Source of the DNA: Eledone cirrhosa
Lineage: Eukaryota
NCBI GenBank assembly: GCA_964016885.1
Contig: OZ024752.1
Span: forward strand, 20,150,001-20,214,000
Direction: 5' to 3'
DNA length: 64,000 nt
Shown here: positions 40,292-49,756 of the stretch, piece after piece
Position numbering within the stretch: the first letter of the stretch is position 1
Layout: each line of letters begins with the position of its first letter
The notes under the pieces: model-generated
What the model saw: only the letters and a program-made list of their open reading frames with translations
The model's database searches: none
Told to the model about the DNA's origin: nothing
Position numbers and translations under genes: made by a program

Positions 40292-43200
40292 CACACACAT
40301 ATTACCGTTACCATTTAATGTCCATATATATGACTGAGGTTGTATATTGAACTATATAAGAAATGCTCAAGCAAATATTGACCACCTTGAAGAATATCTT
40401 TACAATCCAGGAAGAAGAAATCCCCACCAGATGTCTGACTCAAAAGATGAAAGTCATCAGCAGATGATTGGTGTATGTTGTGCCAAAGATGTCAGCCACA
40501 TTGTTGCCAACTGTGACAGAATCTCTTCTTGTTTCATGTTCCCATGAGACATGATGTGATTGCTAGATTGATCTGCATTGCACTACAGCAGGCGAAAATA
40601 ACAAATAGAGATGAATATATTGAGATTAATGGCTCAAAGAAAACCTAAAAATAAAACTACCATCAAATTAAAACATAATTGGTCTGATGTTCTTGTTTGG
40701 GACGATAGATTAATAACATGCACTGTTGTAGGTAACTGCTCACTTGATGTCAATGTAGTAAATACAATGAAAGTATGATACCTGTGGACCATTGATGAGG
40801 GGTTTTCAGATTGAGTAGCAAAGATACACGTTCAGTATGATACCTATTATTATTTCAGCTACAGGACTAAAGTATGGCTAAAAAAGGATAAGCTACAAAT
40901 GGCCACAATATCTGGAACCTTCAATATCTATAAAAAATTGTTATGATTTAAATGATGAACAATTGAACAAAGCACAATAAAGATTTACTTTTCGTTGCAA
41001 TGTTGCCACCAGGAAGATGGCCAGTCAAAATTTTAAAAGAAAAAGACACACATATTTATACACATACACAAATATACATACATACACACACATTTATTAC
41101 TGTTGAATATTCCTTTTGTTAAAGCTTTACATAAATAGTAGACAAATTCTCTTCCCCAAACGTCAACTACCACCACACCACCACACCACCACCACCACCA
41201 CCACCACCACACTACATCACCACACCACCACCACCACCACCACCACCACCACCACCACCACACCACCACCACACCAGCACCACCACACCACCACCACCAC
41301 CACCACCACACCACCACCACCACCACATCACACCACCACCGCACCACCACCATCACCGCACCATCACCACCACCACCACCACACCACCACCACCACCACC
41401 ACACCACCACCACCATCACATCACACCACCACCACACCACCACACCACCACCACCACCACACTACATCACCACCACCACCACACCACCACCACCACCACC
41501 ACCACACTACATCACCACACCACCACCACACCAGCACCACCACACCACCACCACCACCACATCACACCACCACCGCACCACCACCACCACCGCACCACCA
41601 CCACCACACCACCACCACCACCACACCACCACGACCACCACATCACACCACCACCGCACCACCACCACCACCACCACACTACATCACCACCACCACCACA
41701 CCACCACCAACACCACCACACCACATCACCACCACCACCACCACCACACTACATCACCACCACCACACCATCACCAACACCACCACACCACATCACCACC
41801 ACCACCACACCACATCACCACCACCACCACCACACCACCACCACCACACCACCACCACCACCACACCACCACCACCACCACACTACATCACCACCACCAC
41901 CACACCACCACCACCACTGCCACACCACCACCACCACCACCACCACCAACACCACCACACCACATCACCACCACCACCACCACACCACCACCACCACCAC
42001 ACCACCACCACCACACCACCACCACACCACCACCACACCACCACCACCACCACCACCACCACCACACTACATCACCACCACCACCACACCACCACCAGCA
42101 CCACCACACCACATCACCACCACCACCACCACATCACACCACCACCACCACCACCACCACACCACCACCACACCACACCACCACCACCACCACACTACAT
42201 CACCACCACCACACCACCACCACACCACCACCACACCACATCACCACCACCACCACATCACACCACCACCACCACCACCACACTACATCACCACCACCAC
42301 ACCACCACCACCACCACACCTCCACCACCACCACACTACATCACCACCACCACACCACCACCACACCACCACCACCACCACACCACCACCACACCACCAC
42401 CACCACCACCACACCACCACCACACCACCACATACCACCACCACCACTAATCTCTCTGTCTCTATCAGGATCTGGTAGCTCTGTTAATTACCCAACAAGT
42501 CATTGGTCAACTGCAAGAATCTGCGTTACCCTTCCTGGTTCTCAACTTCTGGACTAAGAAGACAGAGAAAGGTGTTGGAAAGGATGACAGATGGGAAGAG
42601 GAAGGAATACCACCAGAACTCATACAACAAATCTATAGTGAGGCCTCAATGGAGAAATACCAGGTAAGATATTTGCTGGTCAAACCTTCTTTTCAGACCC
42701 TTTTTTTTACAGTCCAGCCCCATGACATCACTCACCCTTATACTTCCAGCATGGCCTTTCCCTCCCCCAAAGCCCCATGATGTCACTCACCCTCAGACTT
42801 CCAGCAAGACAGCCCCCCATTTCCAGCCCCATAACATCAATCGCCCTCATACTTCCGATACACCCCCCCATCCAACTTGATGTCAGTGACTCATTATACT
42901 TCCAGCAACCCCTCCCTTCCTCCAACCCTCCAGTCCCACACACACAATAAGTTCTCACAGGGTTTCAACTGTAGAACTACTTACAACGTGTAAAGTAATT
43001 ATTCTTTTCCATTCTATATTTCAGGGTACTTTAGACGACTATTTGGAACTTTACCTCCAGTTTGGCTATGTCTTCCTCTTCTCATCTGTCTACCCCCTGG
43101 CAGCGTTCTGGGCCCTCCTCAACAATATATTTGAACTACGCATTGATGCATTCAAAATGTGCTGTGTCTTCAGACGTCCGTTTCCTCTGTCTGCATCCAG

Positions 43201-46200
43201 CATTGGCGCCTGGCAGGTAATAAATTCCTTGTTGCACATCATTAACATATATTGCTGTATGGTTTAGAATAAATGATACATCGGTCAAGAAAAAGTATTG
43301 TTTCCTTTGTAGCAAGTGAAAATATCTCAGAAGGCAGAGGGAGAAATTAATACATGATACAGAGATCACATGCGGGCAGTAAGGTAAACAAAAAGTGAAA
43401 TAAATCATCCAACCATCTCAAGCAGGTGACAAAAAAGGCAGTGCTTGAATTTGAACATCACATCGCAACCAACCCTGACAGAAATATGTACATTCAAAGC
43501 AGAGGCCTCACTCTCCAGTTGTCCTCTTCACAATCCCCACACAAGCCAGATTACTGATGACCCCAAGGAATGCGTTGAACTCATTGCTGAATGCTATGCA
43601 GACATTTTCACTGTTGAAAACCAGAATGTACCATCTCCACCGCCTCTGACATCAACTATGGAACTTATACCTGCAATACTGCGACGTCATCTCAAGAATA
43701 AACGCAACCATGCTTCTCCTGGTTTTGATGGTGTTATGTACCTGCTTTTCAAACGTGTTGGGTACTTCCTTCTGCACCAGCTTTCACTCTTCTTTCAACA
43801 GTACTACTCCGGAGCAGTGGAAAACTGCTAGTGTCATTCCTCTGTTCAAAAAGGGTGACCGCATATCACCTGTGAACTATCGTCCAGTTAGTTTTACTAG
43901 CTGCATTGCCAAACTGATGGAATCCTGTGTCAGAGAAACACTTTGGAACTTCTAGAATTTTCACAGTCTTATCCAGCCCTAGCAATTTGGATTTATCCCT
44001 AACTCCAGCTGCTGTGATCAACTTATCGAGTTTCTTGAGGACATCACCCGGGTCACTGATGGCAGCTCATGTTGTTTACCTTGACTTTGAAGATGATGCA
44101 AATAAGTAGATGGTTAAGATTCAGTCATGACTGAATCTTAACCATCTACTAAGTCAGGGTATGTCATGCATCATCTTATTTTATCTGATGAGGACGTACT
44201 GTTGAAGATAGCTCAGTACCTCTGAAATATGTATAATAAAATATACTTGATCACACGAATGTCTATTTTTGTTAATATTTTGAATTAATATTATATATAT
44301 ATATATATATGGTATCTTTTATGTAATTTCCTAGATGATGTTTGAATTAATGGGTAGGATAGCTGTGATCACCAACTGTGTCATTATTGGATTAAACCCC
44401 CAGGTACAGAAGTTGGTACCTGGACACCAAACACCTGTTCAACTGGTCATCATTGTCGTCATTATGGAGGTTTGTAAATCTTTTCTATTGACTAGTGTTC
44501 AATCATTCAATCACTACTGCTATTAATGTTGCTGTTTGTCATATTATTAATGGCAGTATCAGTAGAGGGTCGGACGCCATGCTTTGCAGCATAGAGTTAC
44601 GGCCCTTTACGGTCTGAGTTCAAATCCTGGTGACGTTAACTTTGCCTTTCGTCCTTACGGAGTTGATAAAATAAAATACCAGTAATGTACTGTAGGAACA
44701 ATTATTAATGAGTTGTTAAATATTGTTATATTTTTACAGTATATTGTATGTTGTATATAGTTAGTCTCAATAGTCTTATGATTCCTCCATACTACTGATA
44801 GAATCTATTTATAGGTCCACTATATATATATACACACATATATATATATATATGTACATACACATGCATACACACACACATATATCTATATATATATGTA
44901 TATATTTTCTACGGCTGGATGCCCTTCCTAACGCCAACCACACTGTAATGTGGTTGGCGTTAGGAAGGGCATCCAGCCGTAGAAAACCAACTAGAAACAA
45001 TCCTATATGAGTGAGACACGGCCTCCCGACCCAACTTGCCTCTAATTGGGACAAACCCGTCTATCCCATGCTAGCGTGGAAGATGGACATTAATCAACGA
45101 TGATGATGATATATATATATATATACACACACATATATATATCATCATCATCATCATCGTTTAACGTCCATTTTCCACGCTATACATATATATATATATA
45201 TGTCACTGGACCGAGATCTTTGGGTTTACACAGTAATACAGAAGACCCGCTTTGCCTAAGTACAAAGTGAAACCTACAGTCAGTAGGCACTTCTTAACAA
45301 AAAAAATTTTTTAAATACACACCCGTCCCACTAACCCCACCCCATCCACACCACCCCTTTCTCTGTAAAGTTATGTTGGTACCACAACATCCAGTCCGAA
45401 ATAAATGAGGTTGTGTAGGTGTCACGACAAAAAAATTACACAGTCCACGCTGTAATGTGGCCGTGTAGGTAACACGGTAAAAACTTCCCAGTCCACACTG
45501 TAAATGTGGTTGGTGTTAGGAAGGGCATCCAGCCATAGAAAACCCGCCAGACAGTCCTATACGAGCAAGACAACCAATCTTGCCTCAAGTGGGAAAATTC
45601 CCGTCCAAACCCATGCAAGCGTGGAAGATGGACGTTAAACGATGATGATGATGATATATATATATATATATATATCATCATCATCATCATCATCAACGTT
45701 TAACGTCCGTGTTCCACGCTTGCATGGGTTTGGACGGGGGTATTCCCACTTGAGGCAAGAGTGATTGTCTTGCTCGCATAGGACTGTCTGGCAGGTTTTT
45801 TACAGTTGGATGCCCTTCCTAACACCAACCACATTTACAGTGTGGGACTGGGAGGTTTTTACCGTGTTGCCTACACGGCCACATTACAGCGTGGACTGTG
45901 TGTTTTTTTGTCGTGACACCTACACAATCTCATTTGTTTCGGCCTGGATGTTGTGGCACCAACATAACTTTACATAGGAGGGGGTGGTGTGGATGGGGGT
46001 GTGGGTGGTGGGACGGGGGTGTATTTTGTTAGAGATGCCTACTAGTAATAATAATAAATTTGAAGACTAAAATCCAAAGAGAGCTCGATAAGGATAAATA
46101 TATATCAAATATACAAGAACCGTAGAGCAAATATTTATTAAAATAACAGATTAAAGTTTAAGCAAAGAATCGCTGCTTTCACCCTTAACGGGATCTTCTG

Positions 46201-46259
46201 AAGATCCTGTTAAGGGTAAAAGCAGCAATTCTTTGCTTAAACTTTAATCTGTTATTTTA

Positions 46260-46295
<36 letters not shown>

Positions 46296-46811
46296 TATGT
46301 TCACACGCGAAACAAAACACTACCTGAGGTTTCATATATATAAATTTATTTTACTATTTGGATTGGCAGTATCGGTAGAGGGTCGGACGCCATGCTTTCC
46401 AGCATAGTTACGTCCCTTTACGATCTGAGTTCAAATCCCGCCGAGGTTGACTTTGCCTTTCATCCTTACGGGGTCGATAAAATAAAGTACCAGTAATGCA
46501 CTGGGTAATTGCTGGCCTTGTGCCTAAAGTAGAAACAATTATTACGGCCATTTGCATTGGAACGTTCACATTTCAAATTTTTATAAATAATTTGTATATA
46601 TTTTTTCAGCATGTGATCTTAGGGGCTCGGTCCTTCCTCACTTACCTGATACCTGATCTCCCTAAATGGGTAGAAATTGCAGTAGCCAAGGAAAGATTTG
46701 AAGCTAAGAAGGCTTTGGAGAAAGTTGTAAGTTGATTACATATTTTAGTTATTTTTTTGTTTAAATGTTTAAAAGTGGTGGTGGTGATGATGGTGGTGGA
46801 CGTGATGGTAC

Positions 46812-46842
<31 letters not shown>

Positions 46843-48152
46843 GGGGATAATGATGATGTTGGTGGTTATGTTAGTGTCAGTGGTGTTAGTGGTGTTGATA
46901 GTGTTGTTGGTAATGGTGGTAGTATTAGTTGTGGTGTTGATATTAATACTGGTGGTGGTGGTTATACTGAGGAGGAAGAAGATGTTAGTTCGTTAGACTC
47001 AGGTCAATCATGATACAGTAAACTTATGACCCAAAGCATTCTAGTTGTGACCATCCTGTCGAGCATACATTAGCTAATATCATTTCCCTTAGTCATTAGT
47101 GTCATTAGTGACTTTACGGTTGTTTCTACCCAATCAAATGACCATAGAGAGGTTCACTTATATGATGATATGTACTCTTGGCTCCAAAATAATAGGGGAG
47201 TTTATTAATGCTTCAGATCCCTCCCCGCTTTTATTCCAACTCCAATGTTTATTAAATTTTGCTAATCTATCTCTGGCGAAATTTTGTGATACATATCGAT
47301 ACAGCAGCTGGAGAATATAATAACAGTTTTATTTTACATTAAACAAACATTATATATGACAAAAGAAGAACATTACAAGAAATCCCATATTTTCGAATGT
47401 ACACTATACAATTACGGATTTCCCCCCCATTATTTTACCAGTAATGCACTGGGTAATTGCTGGCCTTGTGCCTAAAGTAGAAACAATTATTTAACAGGCG
47501 GTGTTACGTCCCTTTACGATCTGAGTTCAAATCCCGCCGAGGTTGACTTTGCCTTTCATCCTTACGGGGTCGATAAAATAAAGTACCAGTAATGCACTGG
47601 GTAATTGCTGGCTTTGTGCCTAAAGTAGAAACAATTATTTAACAGGCGGTGAATTGGCAGTATCGGTAGAGGGTCGGACGCCATGCTTTGACGCATAGAG
47701 TTACGGCCCTTGCCATTCTGAGTTCAAATCCCGCCGAGGTTAACTTTGCCTTTCAGCCTTACGGAGTCGATAAAATAAAGTACCAGTAATGCACTGGGTA
47801 ATTGCTGGCCTTGTGCCAAACGTAGAAACAATTATTTAACAGTCAAGAGTCGGTGGTTTCAAAGAGGGAGAACTATTAACTTATGGAGTAATCTCCCTTA
47901 CTTTTTTAAAATAACGTATAAACTATTACTAATAGTTCTTATTAACATCAATAATCTACATTCGCATTAATGGTAAACATGTTAGAATGATACAGGCATC
48001 GATCATCAGGCCTGTGATTTTCAAAGCCAGTGTTTATTGTTTTTGAAACAGTTTTACTTTCAAAATACAAATTCTTAAAATAATTTTCTTATTTTCTCCA
48101 GAAAATCCAAAATGCCATGAAAAGAAAAGGTGAACAACAACATCCCAACTAA
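254..48152 (+). CDS. ANO10: Anoctamin-10 (TMEM16K) Ca2+-activated scramblase/channel, 5'-partial; join(254-389,8508-8645,15819-15938,17718-18290,20736-20791,25403-25477,42469-42663,43025-43216,44335-44469,46610-46726,48102-48152)
   Basis: Eleven AG/GT-bounded exons with compatible phases splice into 595 aa plus stop. ANO10 signatures: [43 protein letters not shown]...[76 protein letters not shown]. Confidence 0.96.
1110..1518 (+). mobile_element. Two tandem tRNA-derived SINEs with Nin/Deu-like core
   Basis: A-box-like TGGCAGTATCGG, B-box GAGTTCAAATCC, core GCCTTTCATCCTTACGGGGTCGATAAAATAAAGTACCAG. Confidence 0.8.
1602..1920. mobile_element. hAT (Charlie/Buster-type) MITE
   Basis: Imperfect TIRs CAGAGGTTATCAA / TTGAGAACATCTG with an exact 8-bp TSD GGATAGAG (1594-1601, 1921-1928). 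Confidence 0.8.
2281..2491. mobile_element. piggyBac-type MITE (family also at 1-78, 21343-21508, 52781-53001)
   Basis: TIRs (C)CCTTTAGYATTTA...AATGCTAAAGGG followed by TTAA; shared interior among copies. Confidence 0.7.
3296..4759 (-). mobile_element. 5'-truncated RTE-clade LINE (RT C-half, Cys/His finger, 3' UTR, (GAT)n tail)
   Basis: ORF with [38 protein letters not shown]; (ATC)n tail at 3296-3320. Confidence 0.93.
5008..7455 (-). mobile_element. Degenerate RTE-clade LINE, second subfamily
   Basis: Frameshifted fragments [38 protein letters not shown]; (GAT)n tail. Confidence 0.9.
7512..8312. repeat. (CAA/CAC) trinucleotide low-complexity array followed by a CT-rich tract
   Basis: Visible; lies upstream of the exon 2 acceptor. 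Confidence 0.97.
8508..8645 (+). CDS. ANO10: ANO10 exon 2: [46 protein letters not shown]
   Basis: attacag acceptor, gtaagt donor; IPGYP..LYPGKS motif. Confidence 0.95.
8655..15788. repeat. 42-bp minisatellite, ~170 copies (ATGAGCTATACCTTACCTGCCATCTCCACCCCAGCCCACCTA), filling ANO10 intron 2
   Basis: Directly visible 42-bp period; three units with 10-bp deletions near 11195, 13873 and 14493. Confidence 0.99.
15819..15938 (+). CDS. ANO10: ANO10 exon 3: [40 protein letters not shown]
   Basis: tttcag acceptor, gtaagt donor; anoctamin PLHD motif. Confidence 0.95.
15952..16035. repeat. (CT)n microsatellite
   Basis: Visible. Confidence 0.95.
16300..17280 (+). mobile_element. RTE LINE 3' fragment
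   Basis: DTFHYLGD...[12 protein letters not shown]...ETWAL...MLRWMC, homologous to 3296-4759; GAT tail. Confidence 0.9.
17718..18290 (+). CDS. ANO10: ANO10 exon 4 (573 nt, TM1-TM4): [15 protein letters not shown]...KKLNDF
   Basis: attacag acceptor, gtaagt donor; continuous ORF with YFGE, LEFWKR, NPVTG motifs. Confidence 0.97.
19100..20667 (+). mobile_element. 5'-truncated Tx1/L1-clade non-LTR retrotransposon (RT thumb plus CCHC zf-RVT)
   Basis: [48 protein letters not shown]; AATAAA at 20657; microsatellites on both sides. Confidence 0.9.
20736..20791 (+). CDS. ANO10: ANO10 exon 5: [19 protein letters not shown]
   Basis: ttacag acceptor, gtaagt donor; ENHR..S.YE..LI.K motif. Confidence 0.95.
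21711..21776 (-). ncRNA. Antisense copy of the same hammerhead motif
   Basis: Exact reverse complement of 21922-21987, in the left arm of the fold-back. Confidence 0.75.
21922..21987 (+). ncRNA. Minimal type-I hammerhead ribozyme motif (Penelope-like-element type)
   Basis: TATTTTAT-CTGATGA-[AAG CGCACCA...TGGTGGCC CTT]-GAAA-TATGTA-TA-ATAAAATA: 8-bp stem I, intact core, stem II, short palindromic stem III; predicted cut after 21979. Confidence 0.8.
22775..23536. mobile_element. Inverted pair of composite tRNA-head SINEs with RTE-type tails
   Basis: 22775-23122 and 23209-23536 are near-identical reverse complements around a TA-rich spacer. Confidence 0.85.
23930..24290. repeat. Interrupted (TA)n satellite (TATATACA/TATATCA)
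   Basis: Visible. Confidence 0.93.
24290..25367. mobile_element. Rearranged RTE LINE pieces (- 3' UTR, - finger region, + 3' end)
   Basis: Near-identity to parts of 3296-4759 in both orientations. Confidence 0.88.
25403..25477 (+). CDS. ANO10: ANO10 exon 6: [25 protein letters not shown]
   Basis: polypyrimidine+ccag acceptor, gtaagt donor; TM5 motif. Confidence 0.95.
25508..40001. repeat. Compound minisatellite: 26-bp core AGACATGCAGGTGTGGCTGTATGTCT plus variable (GT)n, roughly 350-370 units
   Basis: Directly visible; starts ~30 nt after the exon 6 donor; units degenerate after ~39400. Confidence 0.99.
40060..40299. repeat. Imperfect (CA)n microsatellite
   Basis: Visible. Confidence 0.97.
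41166..42447. repeat. (CAC)n / CCACA low-complexity array ending at the exon 7 branch point
   Basis: Visible. Confidence 0.97.
42469..42663 (+). CDS. ANO10: ANO10 exon 7: [23 protein letters not shown]...SMEKYQ
   Basis: CACTAAT branch point, ctctgtctctatcag acceptor, CAG/gtaaga donor; TM6 with conserved Glu. Confidence 0.95.
43025..43216 (+). CDS. ANO10: ANO10 exon 8: [45 protein letters not shown]...SIGAWQ
   Basis: tttcag acceptor, CAG/gtaat donor; TM7-8 acidic Ca2+-binding residues. Confidence 0.97.
43440..44095 (+). mobile_element. Degenerate CR1/L2-group LINE RT fragment
   Basis: [20 protein letters not shown]...[23 protein letters not shown]. Confidence 0.85.
44177..44243 (+). ncRNA. 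Second minimal type-I hammerhead ribozyme motif, same family
   Basis: TATTTTAT-CTGATGA-[GGA C GTACTG loop CAGTAC C TCT]-GAAA-TATGTA-TA-ATAAAATA; predicted cut after 44235. Confidence 0.8.
44335..44469 (+). CDS. ANO10: ANO10 exon 9: [45 protein letters not shown]
   Basis: ttcctag acceptor, GAG/gtttgt donor; AVITNC motif. Confidence 0.95.
44905..46045. mobile_element. Cluster of RTE 3'-end fragments in both orientations around (TA)n/(CAT)n
   Basis: Repeated GGTTGGTGTTAGGAAGGGCATCCAGCC motif and GAT tails. Confidence 0.85.
46360..46525 (+). mobile_element. Same SINE family (other copies at ~44550-44700, 49575-49692, 51625-51730)
   Basis: Near-identical to 1326-1518. Confidence 0.82.
46610..46726 (+). 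CDS. ANO10: ANO10 exon 10: [39 protein letters not shown]
   Basis: ttttttcag acceptor, gtaagt donor; EH....IPD.P.WV motif. Confidence 0.95.
46774..46962. repeat. (GGT/GAT)n low-complexity tract
   Basis: Visible, ~50 nt after the exon 10 donor. Confidence 0.9.
47437..47838 (+). mobile_element. Head-to-tail SINE array (two truncated copies plus one full copy)
   Basis: Repeated tail GTAGAAACAATTATTTAACAG between copies. Confidence 0.82.
48102..48152 (+). CDS. ANO10: ANO10 probable last coding exon: [16 protein letters not shown]
   Basis: strong polypyrimidine tract + ctccag acceptor, phase 0, short ORF to TAA; little conservation to confirm it. Confidence 0.7.
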   Translation, partial: KIQNAMKRKGEQQHPN

Positions 48153-48869
48153 AATTGTATTGGATCAGGTATCAACTGTGTATATATACACACACACACA
48201 CGTATAATGGAAAACCAAATAAGATAATGCTGATTAATATATGCACATTAATATCATCATGATATAGATGTGCATAATATATATATGTACACTCAGTATA
48301 TATATATATATACACACACACATATATATACTCACACATACATGCACACACATACATATCTCTTCTTAATCTAAAGATTATTTCAATAATGTTGTGCCTT
48401 AAGAGAAAACCATGACAAAGTTAAGTTTTATATTTATTGTGATATTCTATAAACTTTATGAAACTAACCTTTTACCTTTGCAATAGACCAAACTATTTTT
48501 ATACTAAATAAGTTTTGTAAATTCTGTGTGGGAGTGTTAACCTCACTAAACTGCTGAAGTACTTCATTTTTAAACCAAACTTGACAGTTAACTGACTGAA
48601 AATGTCTAGCGTTATATACAATAAAGAATTCTCCATCGGTTTCAACAATGAGCTTTAACTCATTCGACCTGGTCATATGTGACAAGTTTGGACATTTGAA
48701 TAACCAACCTAACCGACTGTTTCTATACAGTTTTCATCTACTTAATATATCTCCATACATAGTTTCCAATTAGCTTTGTATGACTATATTCTAAATTTCA
48801 TATTTCTCAAAGGAAATTTAGATTTCATGATAACATATTTTAATGCATTGAGATATTTTATCTATTAAT

Positions 48870-49512
48870 TAGCACTGTCAATGACATAGCATCTACTAGT
48901 TAGGTCTATTGATAATATACCATCAAGTAGTTAGGTCTGTCACTGACATAGTATCAAGTAAGATCTGTCACTGACATAGCATCAAGTAGTTCGTTCTGTC
49001 AATGACATAGCATCTAGTAGTTAGGTCTGTCACTGACATAATAACAACTAGTTCGGTCTGTCAATGACATAGTATCTAGTAGTTAGGTCTGACAATAACA
49101 TAGTATCAACTAGTTCAGTCTGTCAATAACATAGTATCTAATAGTTCGGTCTATTGATAATATAGCTCTAGTAGTTAGGTCTGTCACTGACATAGTATCT
49201 AGTAGTTCAGTCTGTCAATGACATAGTATCTAGTAGTTCGGTCTGTCAATGACATAGTATCTACTAGTTCGGTCTGTCACTGACATAGTATCTAGTAGTT
49301 AGGTCTATTGATAATATAGTATCTAGTAGTTAGGTCTATTGATAATATAGCATCTAGTAGTTAGGTCTGTCACTGACATAGTATCTAGTAGTTAGGTCTA
49401 TTGATAATATAGTATCTAGTAGTTAGGTCTATTGATAATATAGCATCTAGTAGTTAGGTCTGTCACTGACATAGTATCTAGTAGTTAGGTCTATTGATAA
49501 TATAGTATCTAG
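48870..49512. repeat. 31-bp tandem repeat (CTAGTAGTTAGGTCTGTCACTGACATAGTAT), ~20 copies, two variants
   Basis: 31-bp period visible at 49201-49262; variants CTGTCACTGACATAG and CTATTGATAATATAG. Confidence 0.93.
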
Positions 49513-49514
49513 AA

Positions 49515-49756
49515 CAGGCATGGGCAGCCTGGAATATGGTTCGTCTTCAGGGATGCCACACTTCTAAATACATTTAAGGTTCAAATCCCGCCGAGGTTAA
49601 CTTTGCCTTTCATCCTTCCGGGGTCGATATAATAAAGTACCAGTAATGCATTGGGTAATTGCTGGCCTTGTGCCAAAAGTAGAAACAATTATTATTTTCT
49701 TTTTTGTTAAGTGTGCCATTCAGAAAGTGAAATGGGCCACAGTTTGCCCATCATAG
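49515..49756. mobile_element. Degenerate hAT MITE with nested SINE
   Basis: CAGGCATGGGCA / TTGCCCATCATAG ends; 7/8 TSD ATCTAGAA / ATGTAGAA. Confidence 0.5.

Noticed and set aside
25422-40350. ORFs up to 3160 aa rich in His/Thr or Cys/Val
   Set aside because: Translations of (CA)/(GT) repeats, open in several frames at once
41116-42450. His/Thr/Pro-rich 444-aa ORF
   Set aside because: CAC low-complexity intron sequence
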